A stretch of DNA of 64,000 nucleotides, taken from Squalus acanthias (lineage: Eukaryota). The stretch lies in assembly GCA_030390025.1 (NCBI GenBank), contig CM059429.1, forward strand, positions 132,742,001 to 132,806,000, given 5' to 3'. A program made the translations under genes and the position numbers. Shown piece after piece: positions 11,301 to 24,856 of this stretch. The notes beneath the pieces were generated by a model. The model did not search any database and was not told the origin of the DNA. It saw only the letters and a program-made list of their open reading frames with translations. Every line of letters begins with the position of its first letter. The first letter of the stretch is position 1.

Positions 11301-14300
11301 CAGTACTGTTGTGCAAATACCCGCCCCCATGGCAACATTTGATAGCAATTTGTATTTAGACTTCCTACAATTTACTGGTGTCTGGAGTGCAAGGCGAGTG
11401 CATTGTATTGAAATAATTCATACCAAATCCATTTCAGTTCAGATGTGAATGCTTCTATAAACAAGTCAATATGTAATCAATTTAACATTTTACATGTAGG
11501 AGCCTAAAAGTTATAAAATTAAGATTCTAAAGATCTGTAAGCATTCAACGTATGGCTTACAATAGTCACGTTTTATAGACGCATTGATCTATATCCATGT
11601 ACATCTTTTAAACGAGGCATGATGACTAAATTCGCGTTTTTCTCCATATTTTCTGCGATGTCGTCAGGTTATAGCACCCTCAAATAAATCCAATTCAATT
11701 GCAGTATTACAAAAAAACTATAGTCTGAGAGGATTTCCATAATTAATATGCTAATTTAGAAATACTTAACTTGCAACATCTCCGTTCTTTAATCAAAGTG
11801 GCCAAAAACCTCTACATTTTTGTCTCTTGTGTTGTTTACTTTCGGTTGTCATAAAAGTAGTTGCCAATTCTGCTACTTAGGTACCTCCAAAATAATGCAT
11901 TATGTTGCCTGTTGGAAATGTACAGCTAATTTTACAACAGGGAGCAGCTTTCAACCGCTGAATGCTAGTGGGCGAGACATCGACAGTGTAACTGTTTTGC
12001 AGTTCCTCTAGAAGATCCAAGAAAAGCATCATCAGATATTGAAGTGTTAACAAATACTGAATTAGTCTCCGGGTTTGTGTGCGATTCTGAAGCCGGCCTC
12101 CTAGTTACCAGTATGCATTAACTGCAGCTTGTAGAGAACAATGCAAGGACAGTTACAAATGGACAAGACAGAACGTTCCCAACAATAGTCTTTCCAGCCT
12201 TTCATTTATCTAAGCATGCCGCAATGAGGCTCTGCCCAGCACTCCAGTGTGCGCCTAACAGAGCAAGGTACAAACCTTCATACGTAGTATTAAGCAAGGC
12301 TTTTGCAGATGTAAAAAATACACAAAAGAAGCCACTCAAAGCAGATCAAAACACCCATTGGAGGTCTCCTTATTGATGGAACTTTGTTCGGAAATACGAT
12401 ATTTTGTTAAAATGCACGGGAGACAATATTTGGAAGAAGGTAATCTGTTTAAGCATTCTACAGACCACTGGGCGACAGCTGAAAACTCGGGAAACATGGG
12501 CTCAACACGCGCTGAAATGCAACTTGGATATTAGAGTACATCGTGAAACTAGAGCACTAGCAATGGAACTCTTGAGTTGCGAACTACAACATTCATTTTC
12601 TATAGATTTCTAAATGTTGTTGTGCCACAAAACTCAACTCGGTGACGGTGTATTTGATCATACATCTAACTTTTGAATGTTAGTGGTCACAGCAGCTGTT
12701 ACAGCATTATGTATTCCCCGCAGCTGTTCTGATTCATTGTGTACTTTACAGAACCCTTATGTTTAATGTTGCCACGGACGTACACCGATAACATTTTACG
12801 AAAAGTTGCATAATCAAATAATAGCATTATTGATAAATAAGACACACGTAATAGATTCATAAGGAAAATGGTCATCAAGAGTTGAAAATAAGCAACACAA
12901 TTAATGATTTCAAACTCTGCACTCTATTCTGGTTAAGCATTGGGTTCAATTATTGAAATTTAACACACCATCAATGCCAAAACATTACACTTTATGGAAC
13001 TTAGAAAAATAATCGAGCTGTCATTTAGCTCGCCCTAATGTGTGCAAAGACAACTCGATGCATAAGTTTAAAATCCCAAAAGCTAGACAACATTGTGTCA
13101 AGACCCAGAGCCCCAATGCAATATTTATATGAGCGCGCAGGTGGCGAGTCCATTGACCGTCCGGCGCGTATGAAACGCGACCACGGATTGTTCCTATTAT
13201 CTGACTAGGGTTAGATTTCACTGCATAAAATGTGACTGATTGCAGCATCTATTGTAATATCATTTAACAATAAATGTTTCTCCACAACTAAGTAAAACTT
13301 GGCGTTAAGCATTCGTTTCCTTGTCCTCCGGTTACTATTCATTAACTGCAATGAATCCACATGGTCCAATCTAAAATCAACCTAATAATTAACCCCTGCA
13401 AACCTTTCAGTGTCTCAATATGCGATGATGCTCTTGTATGTGGCACTTTAACCCATTCTTAGCAAAGAACTGGATAGATAGTCAGTTTGTGGGCCCTTGC
13501 ATGATGAGAGAGATTCGGTGTGCCTATGCACCGATCTGTTATTCTAAGGGGAATTGTTATTCTTGTAGCCAAATAAGTGTATCCTTGAAGATGCAACAGA
13601 TGTCTAAAATAAGTACATTTTCACATTAGTGATTTTTAAACACTTATAACTAAAAATACTGCAATATTCCCTTCTCTGGACATGCCATTAGTTCACGTTG
13701 AATTTAATGAAACGTAGCTTGTTCGGTGTTTAGGTACCTGTAAATTATTTAACAGATTATTTGTCATTTTTAATTTAGATTGATCATAATATGTCTATTA
13801 ATATGATTTCTCTTTTTAAATCTGCTCGAGTACAAGGACATCAGTGACGTGGCTGATTTGATCTTGAGTTAGAAATATTGACCTGATATCGACAGCCCGA
13901 TGTTTACAAAATGGGACACTGTAGAGACAGTAGTGTTCGAGCGGGCGGTCGGTGTGTGGAGGGGGAGGGGGAGCAGATGAGAAATCCCGAACTACGTCAC
14001 TTATCAACCATGTGTAAATATACAAAATAAATGACCACCCATGTATCAAGGGAGTCGCGTTAGTCAAAAAAGTGCAAGTAGCGGATAGTAAACCTTACAT
14101 TTTAATGTCCAAGTCACACAAGCGTTCATTTGAAAATATGAAAGCGTTGGGATGTTTTAGTTTTGTGTGAAATATACAACAAGCGCAGGGTAAATCTATT
14201 ATTTCAGCGCGCCGACTTGTGGAGAGGTTCTAATGATGTAGTATTTTCGCCACTTCAAAAAATATATCATACCTAATTACTGGCCTTGGCCAGTGGAAAG

Positions 14301-17273
14301 TAAAGTTGGACTACCTATTTTGTTGTACAGCATATGTAGGTTTGTGCAAATGAGCTTGCTTTAGTCGACGTACGTATGCAATAGTTAAGTTCAAGCACCA
14401 ATGGTCACCAATAATTGTGCTGAATCACACAGTGAACCAGTGTATCTTTCAGATGAATCTCTGAGCATTGAACTGGTAGGCATTGTATGGTCTTAAACTG
14501 GTGACTGTAGAAGGCTGCACAGTAGAAGTGAATAGTTTTGCGTTTCTGGAGAATAAAGAGACAAATGTCTGTCATATTTGTGTAAAAGAACACTTTTTTT
14601 CCTTGCCCTGACTAAATCCTACCAACGTCATGTCAAAATCTGGTGCAGATCCTGTGGAGGTATTTAATAATATTTTAATTCCAACCTTGGCCACAGCAGG
14701 GTATTTTCTACTCTAGTTCGGATTGTGGAGTCTGGCCAGTTGTTCTTGAAGTTGCCGTAACACTTTCAAAAGGTATTTAAATGGACAAAGAGTACCTGTA
14801 TATAATGTTCTCATGCAAATAGTCTATTTCAACTTATTTATTGATGCCCCTGATTTGAAACAGCCCCAGTACGCAGAATGTTTGGCTTCAATTGGAATTT
14901 GTAAGCTGCCTTTAACTGGAGGAACAGGTCGTCCGGCGTCGAATGTTTAACGTGGATACATCCTGGTTTAGTTACATGCCACTTCAAAAATATTCTTGTG
15001 CTTTTAGTGAAAGTGTAACCCAATGAGAAGCAATTGCAATTACTCATTGATAAAAGGCGCTGCACCGGTTAACTAAACATTAAGGGCTAATGAAATTGTG
15101 ACATCGTCTACAGTTATAGTCAAAGCAAAAAATATCGTTTACTAATATAAAAAGTTACGGTGAAACTGAGATTTAGGTGACGAGAATACTACTTAGAGTT
15201 GCAGAGAAGCTGAAATCATTTTGGTTGGAGATCGGCAGCATTAAGGTGTTTGTTTACATCCAACAGCGCGGCGGGACTCGAGTGGTCGCCAATTCAGTCG
15301 CTGTTGATCAAGGCACCTTGTGTAATCTGACAGAACAGCTTCACAGCGTCAATCAATAAACAATATTAACAAAACCTTGAAAGTTGTAAATACTATAGAT
15401 TCGAACATTTATAAATAACTGAAACGTATATAATCGATATATTCCTCAGACTCTTGACAGGAGAAATCGGTACACCAGCGCTAAACAAGCTCGCAGGATA
15501 CTGATAAATCTGGTTGGTTTTTCTTTTAAACTGTATATTCCGATCGCGCAGATGCGCAGACCGTGTTCACACAAGTCAGCGAGCAGACAAAAGGGAATGG
15601 TCCTGTTGTATTGTTGGCACTTCTACCTCAATCAACTCTTTCCATTCAGTGGAAACCCTTCAATCATTTCAGCATTACAAAAAGTTCGAGAAAAGGCCAA
15701 TTTGCTGAACGAACGTGAAACTACCCTAGTAGACATTCAGTAATTGTATAAATGCAATTTAAAAAATACACCACATATGTGTGCGCGCACTCAACAAAGT
15801 TCAAGGATATATGGTTTATACCCGGTGTGTCAAGTGAAGATGGTGACACGCGCACATAGCTACATGGCGAATGAACACACGGACAGATTTGCAAACACCT
15901 ACAGCACGACATTCTCAACTAAACTTTCAACCTCCGATCGCTCCCTTCACAGGGCAGCGGTCCGTCTTTTAAGGAGACCTATCTGAGGCACTGGTTTACT
16001 TCCCCTCACTTTTTTTCCTGCGATTATCAGTCCCTCCTCCCTGAGCTTGCAGGGAGCCGGCCACTGTTGTCTAGACCGATCGATCACTTAGACAGAGACA
16101 TACAATACGGTCAAAACCCTTCAGTCAGGCAGAGCTGGTAGTTGCCACACGGGTACATGTCACCTTCCAGGTAACCAGCTAGAACTAGAACAACCTTCAC
16201 CACTAGATCTCACCTCAAGAACATTCTGCTAGACTGCCAAAGTGACTACTAACATGATAGTCGGACGGACGATGCATTATTTATGCATTAATATTCTACA
16301 ACACAGACATATAGCAACGTTACCTTAAAAGGTGCTCTCGCAATAACCTCGAAGACACAGCTTGGACAACATAAATCATCACTGAACCACAAGGTCCTTC
16401 GCTGTTACCGAACTCTTTGGTAATCGCTTAGTAAACTGTAGTTATTTGTAAACTACCAACATATATGCAAATAATCTCCTGTTTTAAACGATCAGTTACC
16501 TCCTTTTTTTTTTAAAGGCTCTTATCTACTTACATTTTCTACTTGAGAAGGAGCACGATGTTTAAAAATAACCCCGTTTCCGTTATGAATTTTACCTGTG
16601 CTGATTGTTGAATAAAGATAACAAACGCAGAAGTGAAATTCATTTAAAGCATTTGGTTAAACCCTGGGAGTGGAATTCAGCGGTGAAATCAGTCAGCGCT
16701 GTGTGGGGGAGGGGGATCTCTTTGCTCGGTTCGGCTCTGCACGACTATCCTTAGTGGTGGAAGTGGTCCGTGTTCCTTTGTACGACAGAGGCAGAGTGAA
16801 ACACAATTCGCAAAAGCCCCAGTTCCTCTGCGGACAATGTTGATTGTATTTTACAATGTTTTTTTTACATATAGGTGAAATTGACGTTTGCAAGACAGCA
16901 ACCTTACCGGCTAGGTAAAGAGAGCGATCGATGTTGTGCAGTAACGCCAAATAGATCAGATCGTGTGCCAAATCACGAAGAAGTTGAGCTCGGAACCACC
17001 ACGATCGCGCTCTGGTGATCCGAGACTCTAAACTTGTCCTCAACATTCACACGAGACACGCAAACACCACCGATATTCGAGCCACGGTGTAAAAACTGGG
17101 GGTCCACTCTGCTTGAAACTGAAAAGTAACTGAAGATCGCACGTTCGAGGGAAAGTCGACACCCAGACAGTCTCCGCTTGCCGACAGCGCTCAGCGCGTT
17201 CCCACAGCGATTTCAGTAACTAGAAAAGCCCGGTCTATAACCACTCCTTTCACAAAATAAAACCTCCTCTTAC

Positions 17274-18090
17274 CTGATTCCAAGCTTTCCACGTACTATA
17301 CCCAGACTAAGGCTCCGATGGTGACCTTTTCTGCTGCATCCACGTGCCTTTATGTTTTCTAATCGCCAAGAAAGACAGAGAAGACTTCTCTCATCCGAGC
17401 ATATAAAATGTGCGCCAGGCTAAGCTCGCTTATCACCCCCACAAAGTCCGGATATCCACTAGAAAAGAAATCCGTTTTTAAAAAAAAAGTCAAAGGAGAG
17501 GCCTCTTGCTGCGCCTTGACCGTTCACCCCTGGGCCGGGCCGGGCCGGACGGTGCGTTGTTTCAGCGCCGCGGGTGCTCGGTCCAGTTGCTCAGCGGAGG
17601 TTTCAGTGGCAATGTTCACTGTACAGGTGGCGATCGGCTGCGATCCTCTGGCACGGAACACTTCGCAGCGCCATGTTGGCTCCTCACCATATATGCAGCG
17701 GCCAAACGATCCGGTCTGTCGGCTCACTCACTCCATCGCCTCACATCCCCCAACTTGTCGAACCTCGGGGCTGCTGGCTTGTGGAGGGAGGGGGGGGGGG
17801 GGGGGGTGGCGTTGAAGAGAAGAGCCCTCTGGCAGATCACTGGAGCAGACGTGGTTCAGCGTCTACAGACCAAGCTGGGTTTTTTTTTAAATTTCCGATC
17901 CAGCCCTAGCGTGCAGCTCCGCTCCGAGACTGAAAAAAAACTCTTTACCCATAAGGCCAGTCGTTAACTTCAATTACCATAAACATCAACCCCCAGCTCG
18001 CAACCCCGATACCAAAATCTCCAGCACCCCCTCAAGAGCGGGCACACAAGCCGCCACAACCACTCCGCGCCGCAACACGCTCGCTGATCA
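17274..18090 (-). promoter_or_regulatory. CpG island with candidate non-coding first exon (minus strand)
   Basis: Dense CpG/GC at 17400-18090; consensus donor GAATCAG|GTAAGA on minus (exon ends at 17274); no ATG-initiated frame runs into the donor; short ORF with Kozak GCCAACATGG at 17674-17603. Confidence 0.55.
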
Positions 18091-18259
18091 TTCCAGATTC
18101 GTTTGTGTGCCGGAACATCACAAAACAAAAACCCGTCTGTATCATCAGAGCACATCACGTGAGATGTAAACAGCAACGGCTGGATAAAAGTTTCTGTCGT
18201 ATGTTTCATTCGGTTCCTGGCTGCGGTCCTGTGTGTTACTGGACTAACCACACTAACGT

Positions 18260-18285
18260 TTATATATATATATATATATATATAT
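18260..18285. repeat. (TA)n microsatellite
   Basis: Direct reading. Confidence 0.95.
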
Positions 18286-19009
18286 TTCAAAACTAATCGC
18301 TAGTTAGTGGGTGGTCTTCAATATGGAAAGATTAGTTCAGTTTTGGTTTACGGTTTTTTTCTGGTTATCGCCACTGGTAATGTGAAATTATTAACCACGA
18401 TGCTTCAACATTATCCTTCTCATTCACATTTAGGCCCTTACATGTGGGTGTTTCGTCTGCATAGACAAAGTTGTAACATTTCCTATAATTTTACATTCAA
18501 ATCAAATATATTAATTAGGTGATTAACCAGTTCCATTGTTAATTTGTCTTTAAGGCTGGGAGCAACTGTATTTCATGTCAATTAGGACAGAAGTTTTGAT
18601 TACTTTCAATCATACTTTCCTTTTCAAAATGTCCACAGATTGCAGCTGGTAGCGTCTTCAAACTTATTTATTTGCTCTTATTGTACTTTGTGAATAAACA
18701 TCACTCATCACTAATCTACCGACCGAAATATAAAGATGCGAGCCACCCCATGTCATTTATTTGGAAATTACAACATAGTGCAAATATGTAGCACACGTAC
18801 TTCATCGCTTCCCCAGGATACAAAGTGCGCTTTTATAGGTAATAGCTGTAGGCACGAATGATGAAAGGTGTAATCACAGCGCTGGTGCTCAGTTTAGTTC
18901 GAGAGTCTCCAGCGCTACAGAAGCGCTTCCTTTGCCGGTCTCTGGGGAGTTGACCCGAAGGTCAGGACGCTGTGCGCACGTCTCGCGCGGGAAATCTTCC
19001 ATCAGGCGC

Positions 19010-19810
19010 TCAGTCACACGTACACTCCCATTCACGCACAAGGGACACCTATCGATAAATGACATGTATACTCGCATTCACACGTAGTCACAGTCTCACA
19101 CACACTCCTGTAATGAGTTCTACACTCACATCTTCCCGCAGCCACACACACTCGAGCAGTCACACCCAGACACACACATCACATTCTGCCAGTCACACAC
19201 ACCCTTCTCACACTCAAGCCAGTTACGCAGACAGCCGTCCAAACAATTGCAATTACATATACAAACTCAAGGCAAACTCCTTCCCTGGCACTACCAGAAC
19301 CACACTCGCGCAATCGCAATCAGTTTCTGAAACACACACTCTCACCTTCTCACACACATACACACAGTCTCTCCCTCACACTCTGGCAATCTCACACATA
19401 CACAAACGTACTCCCTCACGCTATGGCAGTGGCACACATTTAACATTCCCTCCCTCAGTCAGTCTCACAATCTGCCCCAGTTACACACACGCACTCAGAG
19501 ACGTACTCCCTCCTTCACACTCTCACTCACAGTCCCTCCTTCCCTCACACTATCGCAGTCACACACTTCCTCACTGTGCCAGTCACACATACCACACGCT
19601 CACTCCCTTCCGCACGTTCTCGCAGCCTCAAACATTCGCACAGACTCTTTCACACACGCCCACACCACAGCCTCCCTCGCAACCACACACACACACACAA
19701 GCATTCCCTCCATTACACGCTGGTAGTCGCAGTCACAGTTGCACAGTACTCCCCCGCAGTCGCTCTCTCAGTCACGTATAAGCAATCACACACACTCGTA
19801 CCCCGCACTA
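19010..19810. repeat. Low-complexity CA/CT-rich tract (decayed microsatellite)
   Basis: About 800 bp of CACACA, CAGTCACAC and CTCCCTC motifs, G-poor on the plus strand; explains the H/T/S-rich 240-aa pseudo-ORF. Confidence 0.9.
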
Positions 19811-21239
19811 ACAGTTCACAGCAGCTGCCTCTCGGGTTGCGTCGCGTTAGCAGAATCGCTCTCTGTTTCTCCGAACCAGGGCGGAAACTGGGCGGTGTGA
19901 GGTTGACTGTTGTCATGTAAAAGACTGGGGGCTTCGACGCCACCACAAGGAAGCTCAGTTGTTAATTCGGAACGTATTTCCACCCCTCTCACGACTTTAT
20001 AAGATCTTTTCTCAAAAACACGTTGCTGCGGTATCCTTTCTTCCAAAATCAAGCAACTAAAAAGCTTTGCGATCTGGGGCTTGTTTAAAAAATGAGAATA
20101 GTTACGGAACATAGTTTCGCAATTTAGGGTTAATAACTTTGAAAAGAAAATTGATCGGAAGAGAATCGTTCTGGACACTCAAACAGTGCCCGATGTTCTA
20201 AGAGCCGCAGTTCTGGCAAGAGTTGAAGGCCTTTTTATACATATGTTATCATTTACACTCAGTCCTGTCTAAGTTCCCCTTTAACGATAACAGGAAAATA
20301 ACTGGGGTTAGATTAAAAATTACACGAACCGTGAAATATGTGCAAATACTGTTTTGATCCACTGCATGGTTTGAAATGATCCATACCAGTCCTGTCCATC
20401 CTGGTCACAAAATGTGAGAGGTTAGATTCCCAGCATCAAGAATGCTCGATACACAGATAACCGGGGGGGGGGGGGGGTCACCGAACCGAACCCCTCCTCC
20501 CCAAGCGCCAGATTGCTACCACCAAAAAGATTAGGCACAATAGAGGAACTGCTCGTTTGTGTTCACCGCATTGTTTAATGTAACAATCATTCACCAGTTG
20601 GAGGTGTTCTTTCACAGCAATTTGTGTCAGCGTGTAGCGACTGCGTGACGCTTTACTTTTCTCGGGTCTTCCGCGCTGTGTACAGTTTGGGCTCCTTAAT
20701 CACTCGCAGCCCTGAGCTGTTGGCCTACTCTAACATGCAGCGCAGTAAATGCTGCACAACTCCCATTACTGCTCCCCAGATCCTTTTATTTCTGCTTTGA
20801 TTTCTAGCAGAAGCAGTAATAAGGTTCCGACCGTTCACTTTAAAGAACACATCTTGTCGAATCTCTCGTTTCACATCCTAGTTCACGGAACCGCATCCTT
20901 CTCTCGGAGTGAGCAGCGATACTAATATAACTGACGCCAGCTGATTTCTGTAATTCCCCCAAAGGAAACTTCGCTTTAAGAGGCAACAACCATGGCTAGC
21001 TGGTTTGTTATCTGTTCGTTACAGAACTGTGACCAGTTGCGTTTGTTTCCACATTCTTTGTTCCATATTTTAGTTTTCAATGAAAATAAAGCCATGCATG
21101 TCCATATTTATTTGTTTTAAGGCGATCGGTATATAAGGTCACCGTTAATAATGAGATTTGTGTAATTGGATATACGTTTCTGGTTTTTTAATTATTCAAT
21201 GGGATTAAATCCCTTTTTTTCATTGAATGCAATTGACTA

Positions 21240-21700
21240 TAGCGAGGGACTCCCGGCGCGAAGTGCGCCACCTGTCTCGGTGATAATGTTGCGCTCCACC
21301 ACAACACCAGCACAACGACTTCACAAGACAAAGATGGCGAAAGCTCCCATCCCCCACCAGTTAGTGCCACTTCCTCGACCCGACCGCTTCACTGTTGTAT
21401 GTACAGCGCCAATCTCAAGCTTATTACCAAGATCGAAACGCCTGTTTCGAAACAGACGCAGGAAACAAGCAATGGAAGGCATTCGAAAGGACCGACACAA
21501 CACGCCACACAGTTTAAACGCAAAAAAAAACCCACTGGAAACATCTTCGCTTTGTCGGACACGCAAAGCTTTCTCGAAAGATTGCATTATTTTCAAGTTG
21601 CATACACGAACAAAGAACGTTAAATATACTGCGAAATGCGCTTGGTGTGCCGGGGTAAGGACCCGACCCGACGGAGTATCGCTATTTCATTACAAAACAA
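21240..21700. promoter_or_regulatory. CpG-rich promoter/enhancer-like segment
   Basis: CpG cluster; YY1-type CAAAGATGGCG at 21329-21339; ETS-type CACTTCCT near 21368. Confidence 0.35.
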
Positions 21701-22759
21701 GGCACAAGAAAAGTCCAACAGTAACAAAACAAACTGCACAAAACTCCGAGCGCAGCTACATCTGCACATTAAAAACACACAGTTGCATTAAAAAGAGCAG
21801 CGAGTTGCATCATAAACTACCGGAACGTTAAGGGTTCGTCGACCATGAGGAGCATTGGCTTCTTCTGCATAAACAGATGCACCTCTACACCAATTCGGGC
21901 TTTAAACGTTATTCCACATTCTTTGTATCGCACTTCAAAGCTGCAGAACACATCGTTTCTGACCCGACTCAAACACAGGCTGTGCACGAGTTTGACTTTG
22001 GTGGGTACGTCACTTCAACCAAAATAAAAATAAAATTTAGGGTGGAACTTTGTCACATCCAGCCGAGAACGGTGCTCCGCATTCGCCATTGTTGTGGGTT
22101 TTGTATTTGGAAAACTTACAAAAAAAGTTAAAAATTAAAATGAGCAAGACAGCTCAAATGAATGGAACAGTAACCTTCCCTTCCCCATCCATACACACAA
22201 TCTCTGCAAAGTAACAAAACGCTCTTTTAGTATCGAGTTACAAAGCTTATGAGGTTCCTGCGTCCACAGCGTCGACCTTTAAAGCACAAGCCGTTAAACA
22301 GCACACACCATTTAACATGTTGTTCAGACAAGTGCTATAAACTTAAAAATGTCACAAATTGAATAAATTATGGCAATGAATCTCCAAATAGGAAATACTT
22401 CAATGTGATACAACGCACTTAGGGCAAACATAATTTGTTTGTATATTTTGCAAAAGGAAATGAAAAATATGTATACAATTGTTCTCGCAGCATTCCCTAC
22501 TTGCCAAGATTTCAGCTTCAGTGCCCAAATCACCCGCCCAACCCGAAAATCTAAAAACGTGATTATTGAAACTCCACCAATGTAAAAGGATTGTTATGCT
22601 CCAAAATTTGCTTAGGAACGAACAATGGAAATAACATCAAACAATTCAAGGCAACTGAATTGAGATCAATCTAATTAATTATATCAGTAATGATTTCTGG
22701 GATGAAAATCAGATGTAAAAGGCCCATACTGACTACAAAGGGAAGTGGAAGGGGGAGAG

Positions 22760-22978
22760 TCAAAGTTCCCACTCCTGGAAAGTGCGAGTGTATGGGTGAA
22801 AAGCAAGGCTCGGATTAGGCCGTGAAGCCCTTGTGGTCAAATAACATGCCAACACTCACTGTCCATTCTTTATACATAAACAATGGTCACTTGTGTGAGG
22901 TACTGTAGGACTGTCAACACTCATGGAACTGTACCCCAAGCAAGAGTCAGCGCCTTCAGAAGGTGGTTAGGGAGAAAA
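22760..22978 (+). mobile_element. Ancient tRNA-derived SINE (family B here), 3' half
   Basis: AATGGTCACTTG..GAGG..GGAACTGTACCCCA..GAGTCAGCGCCTTCAG; matches copies at 34135 (+) and 43520 (-). Confidence 0.7.
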
Positions 22979-23349
22979 CCGGCGAGGAAAAATACTGCAA
23001 ATGTGTCAGAGGTGCAAAGGATTTCCTGTAGCACTACATCTGGGGCACCAAAGTGCATCTCTGCAGCATTAAATAGTGAGGGGACAACACTAGGGTAATT
23101 GACTGCTGATTCGCTGGAGAAATATAGGGGATAGCTAATGAAGAACAACAGATACTGAGTTTATTTCAGACCTATGTCACAAGTGAGTTATAAAGATCTT
23201 CATTGTGAGTGGATTAAATAAGCTAACCCATTGTTTCCCCACTGTGTACTGTTCAAAAACAGCTGTGGGGATTGATTTGTATTTAAAATAAAATTGAATT
23301 AAATTCTATTTTTCTGTTATTAAGATTTTACAATGTGCAGATGGCACTT

Positions 23350-23485
23350 TAGAATCATAGAACGTCACTGCATGGATTAAAACCATTCAGTCCACTCACT
23401 GTACCTAACACTGACTCCAAAAGAGCTATCCACTTAGTCCCATTTTTCTGCCCTTCCCAAAACCCTTTTATTTTTGCTTTTTCAA
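23350..23485 (-). mobile_element. Old CR1 LINE 3' terminus (appears to continue at about 25975)
   Basis: TAGAATCATAGAA..AAAGAGCTATCCACTTAGTCCCA, homologous to the CR1 tails at 53033 and 55237. Confidence 0.65.
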
Positions 23486-24310
23486 CTGGAGGGTCATTAA
23501 AGAAATGGGACAGAAGCTATGAGCCCATTGCCTGTATCTTTACCAGTTTGCTGGAGTCGAGGGCTGCTCCCTCAGACTGGGAGGATGCTATCGTAGTTAC
23601 AATTTTTGAAAAAGGGTGACAAGGCAGAACTGGGTAACTAGACCCATTTGCTGGACTTCAGTAATAGGTAAGATGCTTGAATGCATCACTAGAGATGCCT
23701 TATATAACCACTTAGAGAAGGTCTTATCAGGGACACCCAACACTGTTTCAGGAAAAGAAGATTGCGTCTTACAAATTTGATTTTTTGAAGTAATCAGGTT
23801 AGTGGATGAGGGTAACCCGGTGGATATTGTCTACTTGGACTTTCAGAAAGTTTTTGATAAGGTACCCCACAAAAGGCTTCACTACAGTATAGAATCTTGC
23901 GGAATTAGTGGTAATCTGCTGATGAAGATTGAGAATTGGCTGAACGCGTGTAGGCAGAAAGTTGTCGTCAACGGGTTTGGATCTGCTTGGAGACCAGTTA
24001 CCAGTGGCATCCCACAGGGATCGGTGTTAAGACCTTTGCTATTTACTACATTTATTAATAACCTAGATGTAGGTGTTGGGAGAAATGATACGCAAGTTTG
24101 CAGACTCCGCCAAGATATGTGCGAGTGTTAGGACTGAAGAGGATGCTGAACTATTCCAAGCATATCTCAATGTGTTGGGGGAATGGCCCATGTTTGGCAA
24201 ATTATGTTTAACTTAGAAAAGTGTAGTGTTATGCATGTGGGCAGGTCTAATGCTAAACATACATACACCCTACAGGGAATAGAATTGAAACCAGTGGTGA
24301 AAGGAAGAGA

Positions 24311-24856
24311 CCATGAAATTACCGGATTGTCATAAAAACCCATCTGGTTCACTAATGTCCTTTACAGAATCACAGAATCCCCACAGTGCAGATAGAGGCC
24401 ATTTCGGCCCATCGAGCCTGCACCGACACATATCCCACCCTATCCCCACGTATTTAATCCCCCGAACACTAAGGGTCAATTTATCATAGCCAAATCAACC
24501 TAACCCGCACATCTTTGGACTGTGGGAGGAAACCGGAGCACCCGGAGGAAACCCACGCAGACATGGGCAGAATGTGCAAACTCCACACAGACAGTCACCC
24601 GTGGCCGGATTCGAACCCGGGTCCCTGGCGCTGTGAGCCAACAGTGCTAACCACTATGGCACCGTGTTTAGGAAAGGAAATCTGCTGTCCTTACTTGGTC
24701 TGGCCTATATGGTGACTCCAGACCCACGGCAATGTGGTTGACTCTTAACTGCCCTCTGAAATGGCCTAGCAAGTCCCTCAAGGGCAATTAGGGATGGGCA
24801 ATAAATGCTAGCCTTGCCAGCTACGCCCACATCCCAGGAACAAATAAAAATTAAAA
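24311..24856 (+). mobile_element. 5'-truncated SINE (family C here) with a tail shared with the LINE at 36275-37385
   Basis: GGATTGTCATAAAAACCCATCTGGTTCACTAATGTCCTTTA..GGAAATCTGC..CAAGGGCAATTAGGGATGGGCAATAAATGC; homologous to the minus copy at 55060-55730. Confidence 0.85.
24365..24666 (-). mobile_element. HE1-type V-SINE (elasmobranch), near full length
   Basis: Reverse strand has a tRNA-like head (GTGGTTAGCACTG..CCCGGGTTCGAATCC), V-domain GTGGGTTTCCTCCGGGTGCTCCGGTTTCCTCCCACAGTCCAAAGA and a CR1/HER1-type tail; flanked by a TTTA duplication (24361-24364, 24667-24670). Confidence 0.92.

Noticed and set aside
13133-13150. CTCF-like GCAGGTGGCG (also reverse at about 21263-21278)
   Set aside because: Only the 3' half of the motif matches; insufficient without data.
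17408-18296. Several overlapping ORFs in the CpG island
   Set aside because: Expected in GC-rich, stop-poor DNA; no recognisable protein in any frame.
19059-19781. 240-aa H/T/S-rich ORF
   Set aside because: Product of CA-rich low-complexity DNA that lacks stop codons; no domain.
21166-21831. 221-aa ORF with a basic stretch
   Set aside because: Non-ATG start, no recognisable domain, and it runs through A-runs in a CpG-rich segment; probably chance, though a TBLASTN search would be needed to exclude it.
24590-24666. tRNA-like A/B boxes (also at 45075 and 49410)
   Set aside because: These are SINE heads, not cloverleaf tRNA genes.
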